A stretch of 47,155 nt of DNA, from NCBI GenBank assembly GCA_038064575.1, contig JBBTST010000019.1, positions 1 to 47,155 on the forward strand, read 5' to 3'. Made by a program: the position numbers and the translations under genes. The notes below the pieces were generated by a model. That model did not search any database and was not told the DNA's origin. It saw nothing but the letters and a program-made list of their open reading frames with translations. Below, piece by piece: positions 19,084 through 29,062 of the stretch. How positions within the stretch are numbered: the first letter of the stretch is position 1; every line of letters begins with the position of its first letter. This stretch comes from Patescibacteria group bacterium. GTDB lineage: Bacteria; Patescibacteriota; WWE3; UBA101185; 2-01-FULL-41-18.

Positions 19084-20041
19084 AGTTATTAAAGTTAGTT
19101 CTTTATTATTTATTTTAATTCTATTGGTTACTCTGCTTGGATTTCATCTTATTGCTTTTGCTCTTAACAAAAAAAATGTTGATGGGAACACCTTCAAAAC
19201 CATTGAAATTAAGAAAGGTATGCGTGTCTCTGAAATTGGAAAGTTGCTAAGAGAGGAAAAGCTTATAAATTCGGCAACTTTGTTTAGTCTTTATGTTAGG
19301 TATAAAGGAATTTCTCCTCAAGCGGGTGTTTATCAGATTAAATCAGACCTTTCTTTGGTGGACGTTTCAAATGAGCTTAGATTAGGTGTTGATGATGTGA
19401 AAATTACAATTATTGAGGGTTTAAGATCGGAAGAAATAGCAAAAATTATTAAAAATAAATTGTCCAATTTTAATGATCAAAACTTTTTAATTCAAGTTAG
19501 GGATAATAATCTTGAGGGAAAGCTTTTTCCTGATACCTACCTTTGGCACAAAACTGCTAATGAAAAAGATGTGCTAACAACTCTAGCAGTAACCTTTACA
19601 GAAAAAACTACGCAGCTTTTTAAGGAGAATGAAACCGGTCTTTCTGACAAAGAACTGTTAACTTTGGCATCAATTGTTGAGCGGGAGGAGTGGGATCCAA
19701 AGGAAATGCCTATTGTTGCGGGTATTTTAATTACTCGTCTTAAAAGAGGTGAGCTTTTGGGAGCTGATGCAACAACACAATATGCTTTTGGCAACAGTGA
19801 GGACTTTTGGCCAAAAAATCTTACTCAAGAGCAAATTGATTCAGTAAATCCTTTTAATACCAGAAAAGTTGCGGGCCTTCCTCCCCATCCCATCAGCAAT
19901 CCCGGCCTGTATGCGCTCAAAGCCACACTTAAGTATGAGCAAACTTCATATAACTACTATCTACATGATAAAGAGGGAAAGGTACACTACGCCAGAAATT
20001 ATGATGAGCATCTGATGAACATATCCAAGTACTTAAATTAA
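19076..20041 (+). CDS. mltG: Endolytic transglycosylase MltG (YceG)
   Basis: TM anchor; TIIEG, LEGKLFPDTY, TLASIVERE, L.ADAT..Y, PFNT....GLPP.PISNPG. Confidence 0.93.
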   Translation: MNKVIKVSSLLFILILLVTLLGFHLIAFALNKKNVDGNTFKTIEIKKGMRVSEIGKLLREEKLINSATLFSLYVRYKGISPQAGVYQIKSDLSLVDVSNELRLGVDDVKITIIEGLRSEEIAKIIKNKLSNFNDQNFLIQVRDNNLEGKLFPDTYLWHKTANEKDVLTTLAVTFTEKTTQLFKENETGLSDKELLTLASIVEREEWDPKEMPIVAGILITRLKRGELLGADATTQYAFGNSEDFWPKNLTQEQIDSVNPFNTRKVAGLPPHPISNPGLYALKATLKYEQTSYNYYLHDKEGKVHYARNYDEHLMNISKYLN

Positions 20042-20466
20042 TTGATGCTGTTTTCAGTTACCCTTATTCCGCCTTTTGATAAAACTTCTTCTTTAACAAC
20101 TATTGGGACGCTCATTCTTATGGCCATTGCAATTGCATCGCTTGGTCTTGCATCAATCTCATAAAGTTCGCCGTTATAAGTAACTCTCATATATGAATAA
20201 AAAATATCTTCCTCAAGATTATAAATTACTACATCACAAAGTTTTGCCTGAAAACAGTTCAGTAAACGTTTCATCAGATCATGGGTGTGAGGTCTTGGTA
20301 GAAGCAAATTTTGTTGAGCCAATATTATTGATTCTGCTGAGGAAACGTCTACAGTTATTGGGAGAATTGTATTTGTAGCCTCTTCAAGCAAATATACTGT
20401 TGCTTGTCCTGTTGTTTTATCAGCTTCATTTGAAACAACGGCCTTAAGGCTCAAAATCTTTTCCAT
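20038..20466 (-). CDS. Bifunctional nuclease family protein (DUF151)
   Basis: LPI...AESI, PRPHTHDL, EIDARPSDAIAMA. Confidence 0.92.
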   Translation of the reverse strand: MEKILSLKAVVSNEADKTTGQATVYLLEEATNTILPITVDVSSAESIILAQQNLLLPRPHTHDLMKRLLNCFQAKLCDVVIYNLEEDIFYSYMRVTYNGELYEIDARPSDAIAMAIRMSVPIVVKEEVLSKGGIRVTENSIN

Positions 20467-20596
20467 GTGTAGCTTAAATATAAATAGTTTTTCAGAAAAA
20501 GCAATTTGTACTTGTACTCTCTGAAGCTTTTAGTTACACTTAGCTTCGCGTAAAAGGTCTTGCGATCTTAATTACCAGCTCTTGAGTATCTTGCTG

Positions 20597-20625
20597 TTGA
20601 CATGTTATTTTAGCTGTGATAACTT
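20597..20625 (+). promoter_or_regulatory. rpoBC promoter
   Basis: TTGACA, 17-bp spacer, TAACTT with TG extension. Confidence 0.75.
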
Positions 20626-20655
20626 ACAGAGCACAATTTAATTAGCCTAGAATGG

Positions 20656-20690
20656 TGAACGGGAGCGGTGTGCCCGTTCAAGACTTTTTT
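20656..20690 (+). terminator. Terminator/attenuator-like hairpin in the rpoB leader
   Basis: TGAACGGG/CCCGTTCA stem followed by agac-TTTTTT. Confidence 0.55.
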
Positions 20691-20742
20691 GGATTTATCT
20701 GCCCTGGGGTTTTTGGAGTATAGGTTTTAGGATTTATCTGCC
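20691..20742 (+). repeat. 13-bp direct repeat in the rpoB leader
   Basis: GGATTTATCTGCC at 20691 and 20730. Confidence 0.8.
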
Positions 20743-20752
20743 GTTATTTTCA

Positions 20753-23700
20753 ATGAGAAAGCTTTTTTCAAAGCGAAAATATAGTTTCCCCCTACCTAAT
20801 TTGTCTGATGTTCAGTTAGAGTCTTATGACTGGCTAAAAAAGACCGGACTTTCTGAAGTTTTGAATGATGTTAATCCTATAATGGATTATACAGGGAGAG
20901 GTTGGGAACTTTCTTTTTCTTTACCTAGAATTGACAAGGACAACTCCACTATTGAAGAGGCCTTGGACAAGGGTGTTACTTATGATGCGCCTTGGTATTT
21001 AACTGCAACTTTAACAGACACCCTTACTCAAAAATCAAAAGCCTCAGAGGTTTATATGGGAGACATTCCTCTAATGACTCACTCAGGAACATTTATTATT
21101 AATGGGATTGAGAGGGTTGTTGTAAATCAGTTAACACGCGCGGAAGGCGTGTTTTTTACTTCCGATTTAGATCCTGCTACGGGAAGGATGCTTGCCGGAG
21201 CTAAAATATTGCCCAAAAGCGGTGCCTGGATTGAAATAGAAACTTCAAAAAGCGGTGTAATAAGTGTAAAAATTGATAGAAGAAGAAAAATCACTATAAC
21301 TACCCTGCTTAGAGTTTTTGGTCTTCATACTGATAAAGATATCAAAGCAGCGTTTGAGTCTTCTGATACCAATCCGGAGAAGTCTTTTGTTGATAATACC
21401 CTCTCAAAAGATCCCGCCGCTTCTTTAAATGAAGCGTATATTGAAATATATAGAAAAATGAGACCCGGGGAGCCCCTACTTTTGGAAAACGCCAAGGCTT
21501 TGGTTGAAGCTTTGTTTTTTAATGTCAGAAGGTACAGTCTTGGTAAGGTTGGTCGTTTTAAGCTTAATCAAAAACTCAATCTTAATTTTCCTGATGAGCC
21601 AAAATACAGACTTTTACAGCTTGAGGATTTGATGGCTATAACCAAGAAGATCATTGAACTTAACAATGGTATTGGACAGTTTGATGACATTGATCATCTT
21701 GGAAATAGAAGAATAAGAGGTGTTGGGGAGCTTTTACAAAATCAGATTAGGATTGGGTTTTTGCAACTTGAAAGAAACGTTAAGGAAAGAATGAGCTTGC
21801 AACCAAGAGGTATTCTTCCTGAACCTTCAGTTCTGATTTCAACAAGACCTGTTGCTGCAAGAATCCACAGTTTTTTTGCTTCCGGTCAACTCTCACAGTT
21901 TCAAGATCAGCAAAACCCTTTAACATCTCTGGATCACTTAAGAAGGCTTTCTGTTATGGGTCCCGGAGGGCTTACCAAGGAAAGAGCAAGTCTTCCTGTC
22001 AGAGATGTTCACTATTCTCATTACGGAAGAATTTGTCCCGTTAGAACTCCTGAAGGACCAAATATAGGTCTTATTAACTACATTGCAACCTATGCAAGAG
22101 TTAATGATTACGGATTTTTGGAAGTTCCATACTTCAAGCTTGAGAAAACAGGAGACGGAAAGGTGAGGGTTACTGATACTGTTGAGTATCTTGCAGCGTA
22201 TACGGAGCATGATATGTATATTACGGACTGTTCGGTAACTGTTTCTGAAGATAGGTTGATTCTTGATACTCAAGTGCCGTTAAGATATAGGGGGGAATTT
22301 ATCTTAGGAGATGTTAGTCTTGCACAATATATGGATGTTATACCTCAACAGGTGGTTGGGATATCAGCAGCCTTAATCCCGTTTTTGGCAAATGATGATA
22401 CAACCAGAACTCTTGTTGCTACTCAGCAAACATCTCAAGCTGTACCCTTGGTAAGACCGGAATCTCCTCTTGTTGGAACGGGTTTGGAGGGCTTCATTGC
22501 AGAAAATGCTGGGGCTGCTATTAAGGCTGAAGACGATGGGTTTGTAGAATTTGCAGACGCAACAAAAGTGGTAATTAAGTACAAGAAACTAGGACTTAAA
22601 GATTATAAATTGTTGAAATTTGTAAAATCTAATATGGATACCTGCTATAACCAGAAAGTTGTGGTAAGTGCAGGGGCCTCAGTTAAAAAAGGCGATCTTC
22701 TGTTTGAAGGGCCTTCCAGTGATGGTGGTGACCTTTCAATAGGAACTAATCTTAAAGTAGCTTATATGGTTTGGCGGGGGTATGAATTTGAAGACGGTAT
22801 TGTGATTTCTGATAGGCTTGTAAAGCAGGACCTCCTGTCCTCAATCCACGTTACCGATCACAAAGTATCAGTTCTAGAAACCAAGCTTGGACCTGAAGAA
22901 GTTACTCGAGACATACCGAACGTTTCAGAAGAAGCCTTAAAGAATCTTGATGAGAACGGTATTGTAACAGTTGGTTCTAAAGTTAAGGCAGGGGATATAT
23001 TGGTGGGGAAAGTGGCTCCAAAGGGTGAAACCGATCTTTCTGCGGAGGAAAGGCTGTTAAGAGCTATTTTTGGTGAAAAAGCTAAAGAAGTTAGGGATAA
23101 CTCCCTGATGGTTCCTCATGGGGAACAGGGGGTTGTAATTGGGGTAAAAGAAATTTCAAGAAAAGAAAACAATGAGCTTCCAGCCGGGGTAATTAAAGAA
23201 ATAACCGTTTATATTGCGCAAATTAAAAAAATTGAAGTAGGGGATAAGCTTGCCGGACGACATGGGAATAAAGGCGTAATTTCCAGGATTGTTCCAATGG
23301 AGGATATGCCCCATATGGAAGATGGCACCACAATTGACATTATTTTTTCCTCAGAAGCTGTTTTAAAAAGAATGAATGTTGGACAAATTCTTGAAGCTCA
23401 AGTTGGTGCTGCAGCAAAGAAGCTTAACAGAAAATATGCATTCCCAGTATTTGAAAAAGTACCTTTTGATGAAATAGAAAAAGAGCTCAGAGAAGCAGGT
23501 CTTCCAGTTAGTGGTAAAGCAAAACTGACTGATGGAAGAACAGGAGAATTTTTTGATAATGAGATAGTTGTTGGAGATGCCTATATCTTAAAGCTTATTC
23601 ATATGGCTGAGGATAAAATGCATGCCAGATCCACAGGTCCCTACTCTCTTATTACTCAGCAACCTCTTGGAGGTAAAGCCCAGTTTGGTGGTCAAAGGTT

Positions 23701-24025
23701 TGGGGAAATGGAAGTTTGGGCTCTTGAGTCTTATGGTGCTGCTCACACTCTGCAGGAGATATTGACAATCAAATCAGATGATCTGGTTGGTAGAACTCAA
23801 GCTTTCAGGGCAATTCTGCAAGGTGAAAAGATTCCCGAGGCTGCAATTCCCGAGTCGTTTAAGCTACTTACCAAAGAGCTTAATGGCTTGTGCCTTGCCG
23901 TTGAGCCGGTTGGAGTGCAGAAACTTTCTGTTCCGGATGTTGCTGTACCAGTTGTAGAAATGAAGGGAACTGAAGTATCAACTAAGGATTTGGAAACTCT
24001 TAAAGAGGTTTCAGAGGAGGAGTAA
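20753..24025 (+). CDS. rpoB: RNA polymerase beta subunit
   Basis: GTFIINGIERVVVNQL, DDIDHLGNRR, GDKLAGRHGNKGV, GGQRFGEMEVWALE. Confidence 0.99.
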   Translation: MRKLFSKRKYSFPLPNLSDVQLESYDWLKKTGLSEVLNDVNPIMDYTGRGWELSFSLPRIDKDNSTIEEALDKGVTYDAPWYLTATLTDTLTQKSKASEVYMGDIPLMTHSGTFIINGIERVVVNQLTRAEGVFFTSDLDPATGRMLAGAKILPKSGAWIEIETSKSGVISVKIDRRRKITITTLLRVFGLHTDKDIKAAFESSDTNPEKSFVDNTLSKDPAASLNEAYIEIYRKMRPGEPLLLENAKALVEALFFNVRRYSLGKVGRFKLNQKLNLNFPDEPKYRLLQLEDLMAITKKIIELNNGIGQFDDIDHLGNRRIRGVGELLQNQIRIGFLQLERNVKERMSLQPRGILPEPSVLISTRPVAARIHSFFASGQLSQFQDQQNPLTSLDHLRRLSVMGPGGLTKERASLPVRDVHYSHYGRICPVRTPEGPNIGLINYIATYARVNDYGFLEVPYFKLEKTGDGKVRVTDTVEYLAAYTEHDMYITDCSVTVSEDRLILDTQVPLRYRGEFILGDVSLAQYMDVIPQQVVGISAALIPFLANDDTTRTLVATQQTSQAVPLVRPESPLVGTGLEGFIAENAGAAIKAEDDGFVEFADATKVVIKYKKLGLKDYKLLKFVKSNMDTCYNQKVVVSAGASVKKGDLLFEGPSSDGGDLSIGTNLKVAYMVWRGYEFEDGIVISDRLVKQDLLSSIHVTDHKVSVLETKLGPEEVTRDIPNVSEEALKNLDENGIVTVGSKVKAGDILVGKVAPKGETDLSAEERLLRAIFGEKAKEVRDNSLMVPHGEQGVVIGVKEISRKENNELPAGVIKEITVYIAQIKKIEVGDKLAGRHGNKGVISRIVPMEDMPHMEDGTTIDIIFSSEAVLKRMNVGQILEAQVGAAAKKLNRKYAFPVFEKVPFDEIEKELREAGLPVSGKAKLTDGRTGEFFDNEIVVGDAYILKLIHMAEDKMHARSTGPYSLITQQPLGGKAQFGGQRFGEMEVWALESYGAAHTLQEILTIKSDDLVGRTQAFRAILQGEKIPEAAIPESFKLLTKELNGLCLAVEPVGVQKLSVPDVAVPVVEMKGTEVSTKDLETLKEVSEEE

Positions 24026-24028
24026 TTT

Positions 24029-27000
24029 ATGGAAGAACTCGTAAGATTTAAAGATTTTGATGCAATTAAAATATATTTAGCCTCTATGGAGGATATATTG
24101 GCTTGGTCCAAGGGAGAAGTTACAAAACCTGAAACCATAAACTACAGAACCTTTAAGGCTGAAAAAGACGGGCTTTTTGACGAAAGGATTTTTGGTCCTA
24201 TCAAAGATTATGAGTGTTACTGTGGAAAATATAAAAGAATAAGATATAAAGGTGTAATTTGCGATAAATGCGGAGTTGAAGTTACCCACTCCAGAGTTAG
24301 AAGAGAAAGAATGGGGCATATTAAACTTTCCGCCCCTGTAGCCCATGTTTGGTTTTTCAAAAGCATTCCCTCAAAGATGGCTATTTTACTTGATATGACG
24401 CCAAGATCTTTGGAAGGCGTAGTGTATTTTTCTTCTTATATAGTCAAAGAAATTAATAATGATAAAAAGGTTGAAGTGCTCTCTTCCATTGAGAAAGACT
24501 TGCTAAAAGCAAAAGAGGATATAAATAGTCAGGTTGAGAATGATATTAAAACTTTAGAAAAGGAAACGGAAGAAAAAATAAAAGTTCTTAATGGCAAGGA
24601 ATCCAATCATAAAGAATTTGCAGCAGAAGAGTTAAGGCTTAAGATGAGAGAAGCTTCCAACAAACTGAGAGATCAAGCTGTGGTCAAACAAGATAAAATT
24701 GAGAAGGACTTTAAGGCACTGGAAAGAAAGATAGATGGGCTTGAAAGACTTTCTATAATAGATGAAGCCGAGTACGTTACCATTTATGATTATGTTAACA
24801 AATTTTGCAAGATGGGCATTGGCGCCGAATCAATTCTTGAAATACTTGAAGAAGTGGATCTTACTAACCTTGCTTTCACCCTAAAAGAAGAGATGAGAAA
24901 GTCCAAAGGTCAGAAGTTTGTAAAACTCTCAAAAAGATTAAGAGTTGTTGAGGGCTTTAGAAGAGGCAAAATAGATCCAAGAAGAATGATTCTTGGTGTT
25001 GTTCCTGTAATACCTCCTGATTTAAGACCTATGGTTCAGTTGGAGGGTGGTAGGTTTGCTACATCTGATTTAAACGACTTATATAGAAGAGTTATAAATA
25101 GGAACAACAGGTTAAGTAAACTTTTAGAGCTTGGGGCACCTGAAGTTATTGTGAGGAATGAAAAAAGAATGCTTCAAGAGTCCGTTGATGCTCTTTTGGA
25201 TTCTTCAAAGCAGAGACAAACACCAAGAAACCTAAGAGGAAAGCAACAACTCAAGTCGCTTTCTGACATGCTTAAGGGTAAGCAGGGTAGATTTAGACAG
25301 AATTTACTAGGAAAGAGGGTGGACTATTCAGGTCGATCCGTAATTGTAAACGGGCCGGAGCTTAATCTTGATGAAGTAGGACTTCCTAAGGAGATGGCTC
25401 TTGAGCTTTTCAAGCCCTTTGTTTTAAGGGAGGTTCTGTCAAGAGGCTTTGCCCCAAATGTCAAAAGTGCAAGATTTTTTGTGGATTCTAGAAGTGCGGA
25501 AGTTTGGGATATTCTTGAGGAGGTAATTAAGGGACATCCGATTCTTTTGAACAGAGCCCCAACACTATGGAGACTTGGTATCCAGGCATTCTATCCCAAA
25601 CTTGTTGAAGGTAACGCCATTTCTTTGCACCTTTGTGTTTGTGCCGGGTACAACGCGGATTTTGACGGGGATCAAATGGCTGTTCATGTACCTTTGTCAG
25701 AAGAAGCTGTTAGAGAGGCAAGAGAGGTTATGATCTCCACTAACAATTTACTAAAACCTTCAGATGGAACTCTAATATCGGGGCCGGCAAGAACAATGCT
25801 TCTTGGTACCTATTACTTAACCGCAATTGATGAAAGAATTCCTGAATATAATTCTATCTTCTCTTCAAGGGAGGAAGCGCTTCTTGCCCTTGGAAACTCG
25901 GTTATAAAGCTAAGACAAAAGATTAGAGCCTCACACAACGGGGAAATACTTGAGACATGTGTTGGAAGATTTATTTTCAATGATATTCTTCCTTTATCAA
26001 TAGGTTTTGTAAATAGCGCAATTGATAAAAAAACTCTTAACACTATTTTAAATAAGATTCTTGATACAGAACCAAATGCCGTTTTGGTCAAGTTTATTGA
26101 CGCTGTTAAATCTTTAGGATTAGAGTATGGAACATTATCCGGTATATCTGTTGCTCTTTCAGATTGTTTTGTTCCTGAAGAGCGGGTGAGTTATATAGAT
26201 GAGGGTAGGAAGCAGGTGGCTGATGTTGAAAGAAATTATAAGAGGGGTCTTATTACAAGAAATGAAGCCAGAAGACTTATTGAGAGCATTTGGATTAAAA
26301 CAACAGCTGTAATAGATGAGCTTGCCTGGAACAAACTGGAAAAAGAAAGCCCTGTGAAAATTTTAATAGGTTCGGGGGCAAGTAAGGCATCAAGAGATCA
26401 GCTTAAACAGATTGCAGGTATGGTTGGACTTAAGAACGATCCTACTGGGAAGACAGTTGAACTTCCCATTATAGGCAATTATAAAGAGGGACTCACCGGG
26501 GTTGAATATTTTGCATCTTCCAGAGGGGCAAGGAAAGGTCTTGCAGACAGAGCCTTAAAAACCGCAGATTCCGGATATTTAACAAGAAGACTTGTAGATG
26601 TTGCTCAGGACGTGATTGTTAGAACTGAGGATTGTGCAACTTCAAATCATAGGGTGATAAAAGCTTCTGATAAGACTATGCTGACAACCTTTTCTGATAA
26701 AATTGCTGGAAGATATGCAGGAAGAACTATACTCCATCAAGATAAAATGTTAGTTGAGAAAGATGAGCTTATTACCACACCTAAAGCAAAAGAGATTGAA
26801 AAGCTTGGCGTTATGGAGGTTGCAATAAGGTCTATTCTTACCTGTGAAGCAAGACATGGGGTTTGTGCAAAGTGTTATGGTATTGACCTCATGGATAGGG
26901 AAGTTGCAGAAGTTGGAACAGCCGTTGGCGTTGCTGCAGCACAGTCTATTGGGGAGCCTGGTACTCAGCTTACTATGAGGACTTTCCACTCGGGAGGTAT

Positions 27001-27718
27001 AGCAGGTAAGGATATAACCATGGGCCTTCCAAGAGTTGAAGAGCTTTTTGAGGCAAGGACGCCCAAAGATTTTTCTATCATGAGTGAGATTACAGGTAAA
27101 GTAAGAGTAGATACTGTAGACGGGCAGAGATCTGTTACGGTAGTGGGTGATAAAACAAGTGAAGTGCCGGAAGTTACTTATAAAGTAGATACCGTTTCTG
27201 AAATTTTGGTCAAAGATGGAGATATAGTTTCCGCGGGTGAGCCTTTGACTTCAGGTCATTTGGATCTGTCAGATTTATTAAGAACGGTTGGTGTTGCCAC
27301 CACCCAAAAATATATAATCGATGAAGTTCAAAAAGTCTACTCTTCTCAGGGCGTCACCATTAATGATAAACATTTGGAAGTGATTGTAAGACAGATGTTT
27401 AATAGGGTTAAAATTGACACGGTGGGTGATACTTCTTTCCTGTCAGGGGAGATAGTAACCAAATACACTTTCCAGGAGGAAAATAGAAAAGTTTTGTCTG
27501 AGGGCGGAGAGCCCGCTACTGGAGAGCTTACTCTGCTTGGTATTACAAGGGCTTCTCTTGAGACGGAAAGCTTTTTAGCAGCCGCTTCTTTTATTCAGAC
27601 CAGTCAGGTTTTGACTGATGCAGCATCATGTGGGAAAGTAGACAAACTCCTTGGCTTGAAAGAAAACGTAATTGTTGGTAGGCTCATACCTACTGGTGAA
27701 AGGGCCAGACTGGAATAG
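24029..27718 (+). CDS. rpoC: RNA polymerase beta-prime subunit
   Basis: Zn ribbon, [35 protein letters not shown]. Confidence 0.99.
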   Translation: MEELVRFKDFDAIKIYLASMEDILAWSKGEVTKPETINYRTFKAEKDGLFDERIFGPIKDYECYCGKYKRIRYKGVICDKCGVEVTHSRVRRERMGHIKLSAPVAHVWFFKSIPSKMAILLDMTPRSLEGVVYFSSYIVKEINNDKKVEVLSSIEKDLLKAKEDINSQVENDIKTLEKETEEKIKVLNGKESNHKEFAAEELRLKMREASNKLRDQAVVKQDKIEKDFKALERKIDGLERLSIIDEAEYVTIYDYVNKFCKMGIGAESILEILEEVDLTNLAFTLKEEMRKSKGQKFVKLSKRLRVVEGFRRGKIDPRRMILGVVPVIPPDLRPMVQLEGGRFATSDLNDLYRRVINRNNRLSKLLELGAPEVIVRNEKRMLQESVDALLDSSKQRQTPRNLRGKQQLKSLSDMLKGKQGRFRQNLLGKRVDYSGRSVIVNGPELNLDEVGLPKEMALELFKPFVLREVLSRGFAPNVKSARFFVDSRSAEVWDILEEVIKGHPILLNRAPTLWRLGIQAFYPKLVEGNAISLHLCVCAGYNADFDGDQMAVHVPLSEEAVREAREVMISTNNLLKPSDGTLISGPARTMLLGTYYLTAIDERIPEYNSIFSSREEALLALGNSVIKLRQKIRASHNGEILETCVGRFIFNDILPLSIGFVNSAIDKKTLNTILNKILDTEPNAVLVKFIDAVKSLGLEYGTLSGISVALSDCFVPEERVSYIDEGRKQVADVERNYKRGLITRNEARRLIESIWIKTTAVIDELAWNKLEKESPVKILIGSGASKASRDQLKQIAGMVGLKNDPTGKTVELPIIGNYKEGLTGVEYFASSRGARKGLADRALKTADSGYLTRRLVDVAQDVIVRTEDCATSNHRVIKASDKTMLTTFSDKIAGRYAGRTILHQDKMLVEKDELITTPKAKEIEKLGVMEVAIRSILTCEARHGVCAKCYGIDLMDREVAEVGTAVGVAAAQSIGEPGTQLTMRTFHSGGIAGKDITMGLPRVEELFEARTPKDFSIMSEITGKVRVDTVDGQRSVTVVGDKTSEVPEVTYKVDTVSEILVKDGDIVSAGEPLTSGHLDLSDLLRTVGVATTQKYIIDEVQKVYSSQGVTINDKHLEVIVRQMFNRVKIDTVGDTSFLSGEIVTKYTFQEENRKVLSEGGEPATGELTLLGITRASLETESFLAAASFIQTSQVLTDAASCGKVDKLLGLKENVIVGRLIPTGERARLE

Positions 27719-27722
27719 AAGT

Positions 27723-28139
27723 ATGCCAACTATTAGTCAGCTTTTAAGAAAAGGCAGAAAGTCAAAAATAAAAAAAGAAACAACTGTAGCCTTATCTGAG
27801 GTTTACTCCACTATAGATAGAAAAGTAAAAAAGGCTTATTCCCCGTTTAAAAGAGGGGTTTGTCTTTCTGTTATGACTAGAACTCCCAGAAAACCAAACT
27901 CGGCTCTTAGAAAAGTTGCAAGAGTTAGACTTTCAAATAGAAGAGAGGTCACAGCCTATATACCGGGAGAAGGGCATACTTTGCAGGAACATTCGGTAGT
28001 TTTAATAAAATCAGGAAAGATTCAGGATTTGCCGGGAGTTAAATATACTATAGTTAGGGGTAAATTTGATTTACAGGGAGTTGTAAACAGGAAAACTTCC
28101 AAGTCTTTGTATGGGGCAAAAAAAACAATTAAGAAGTAA
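27723..28139 (+). CDS. rpsL: 30S ribosomal protein uS12
   Basis: [32 protein letters not shown]. Confidence 0.98.
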   Translation: MPTISQLLRKGRKSKIKKETTVALSEVYSTIDRKVKKAYSPFKRGVCLSVMTRTPRKPNSALRKVARVRLSNRREVTAYIPGEGHTLQEHSVVLIKSGKIQDLPGVKYTIVRGKFDLQGVVNRKTSKSLYGAKKTIKK

Positions 28140-28141
28140 CT

Positions 28142-28606
28142 ATGAGAGGTGCAAAAGTTAAAAAAAGAATAGCTCAGCCGGATGCTGTTTTTAAATCAAG
28201 GCTAGTTTCTAGACTGGTTAATAATCTGATGGTCCATGGAAAAAAATCAACTTCCGAGAAGATAGTATATGGTGCTATTGATGCTTTAAGTGAAGACAAA
28301 AAGGAAGCGATCAAAATTTTTGAGGATGCGCTTAGAAACATTATGCCCCGCCAGGAGGTTCGTTCAAAAAGAGTGGGGGGCGCAACCTACCAGGTACCCT
28401 ACCCAGTGAGACATGATAGAGCGGAAGCATTGGCTATCAGGTGGTTGATTTTGGCTACAAGAGCAAAAAAAGGTAAGCCTGTGGCAGAAAAACTTGCCAC
28501 GGAGCTTAAAGATGCCTCTTCAAATCAGGGGGCTGCCATCAAAAAAAGAGACGATGTCCATAGAATGGCAGATGCAAACAGAGCTTTCAGCCATTTTAGA
28601 TTTTAA
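28142..28606 (+). CDS. rpsG: 30S ribosomal protein uS7
   Basis: RVGGATYQVP, HRMADANRAFSH. Confidence 0.98.
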   Translation: MRGAKVKKRIAQPDAVFKSRLVSRLVNNLMVHGKKSTSEKIVYGAIDALSEDKKEAIKIFEDALRNIMPRQEVRSKRVGGATYQVPYPVRHDRAEALAIRWLILATRAKKGKPVAEKLATELKDASSNQGAAIKKRDDVHRMADANRAFSHFRF

Positions 28607-28953
28607 TCGTTTCTGATTACCTCTTCTTTTAACTCAATTTTTTTCAAATTATAGCCTTCAGCAATTCTTTGTTTTATCTGTTGGATAGCATCACTGTCAG
28701 GTTTTTTACAAGTAAGTATATCTATTATCATAAAGTTTTTTTCAGGCCATGTATGAATAGCAATATGCGACTCTGAAAGCAGAGCGTAAGTAGTTACCCC
28801 GTGTGGTAGAAAATAATTGCTACTACTTTCTAAAATAGTGGTTTTCAGGGCCTTTGAGATAACTTGGCAAAGGACATGAATTTTGTGGGAATCGTCAAGA
28901 TTATTTGAGGATTTTGTAGTGATGTTGAACAAGAAGTGATACGCAATTTCCAT
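28603..28953 (-). CDS. speD: Pyruvoyl-dependent S-adenosylmethionine decarboxylase proenzyme (SpeD family)
   Basis: F.PHGVT...LLSESHIAIHTWPE....IDILTC with the ES self-cleavage site; TAAACT 7 nt upstream of ATG. Confidence 0.88.
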   Translation of the reverse strand: MEIAYHFLFNITTKSSNNLDDSHKIHVLCQVISKALKTTILESSSNYFLPHGVTTYALLSESHIAIHTWPEKNFMIIDILTCKKPDSDAIQQIKQRIAEGYNLKKIELKEEVIRND

Positions 28954-29027
28954 GAGTCTTAGTTTAAGTTAAATGTTACTTTGGCACAAATTAATGCTAG
29001 GCCGTGATTTTTTAACCTTAATTATGT

Positions 29028-29056
29028 TTGACATGCGTGCTTAATGTGTTTACTCT
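29028..29056 (+). promoter_or_regulatory. Leaderless sigma70 promoter
   Basis: TTGACA, 17-bp spacer, TACTCT, 6 nt, ATG 29063. Confidence 0.75.
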
Positions 29057-29062
29057 AATGGT

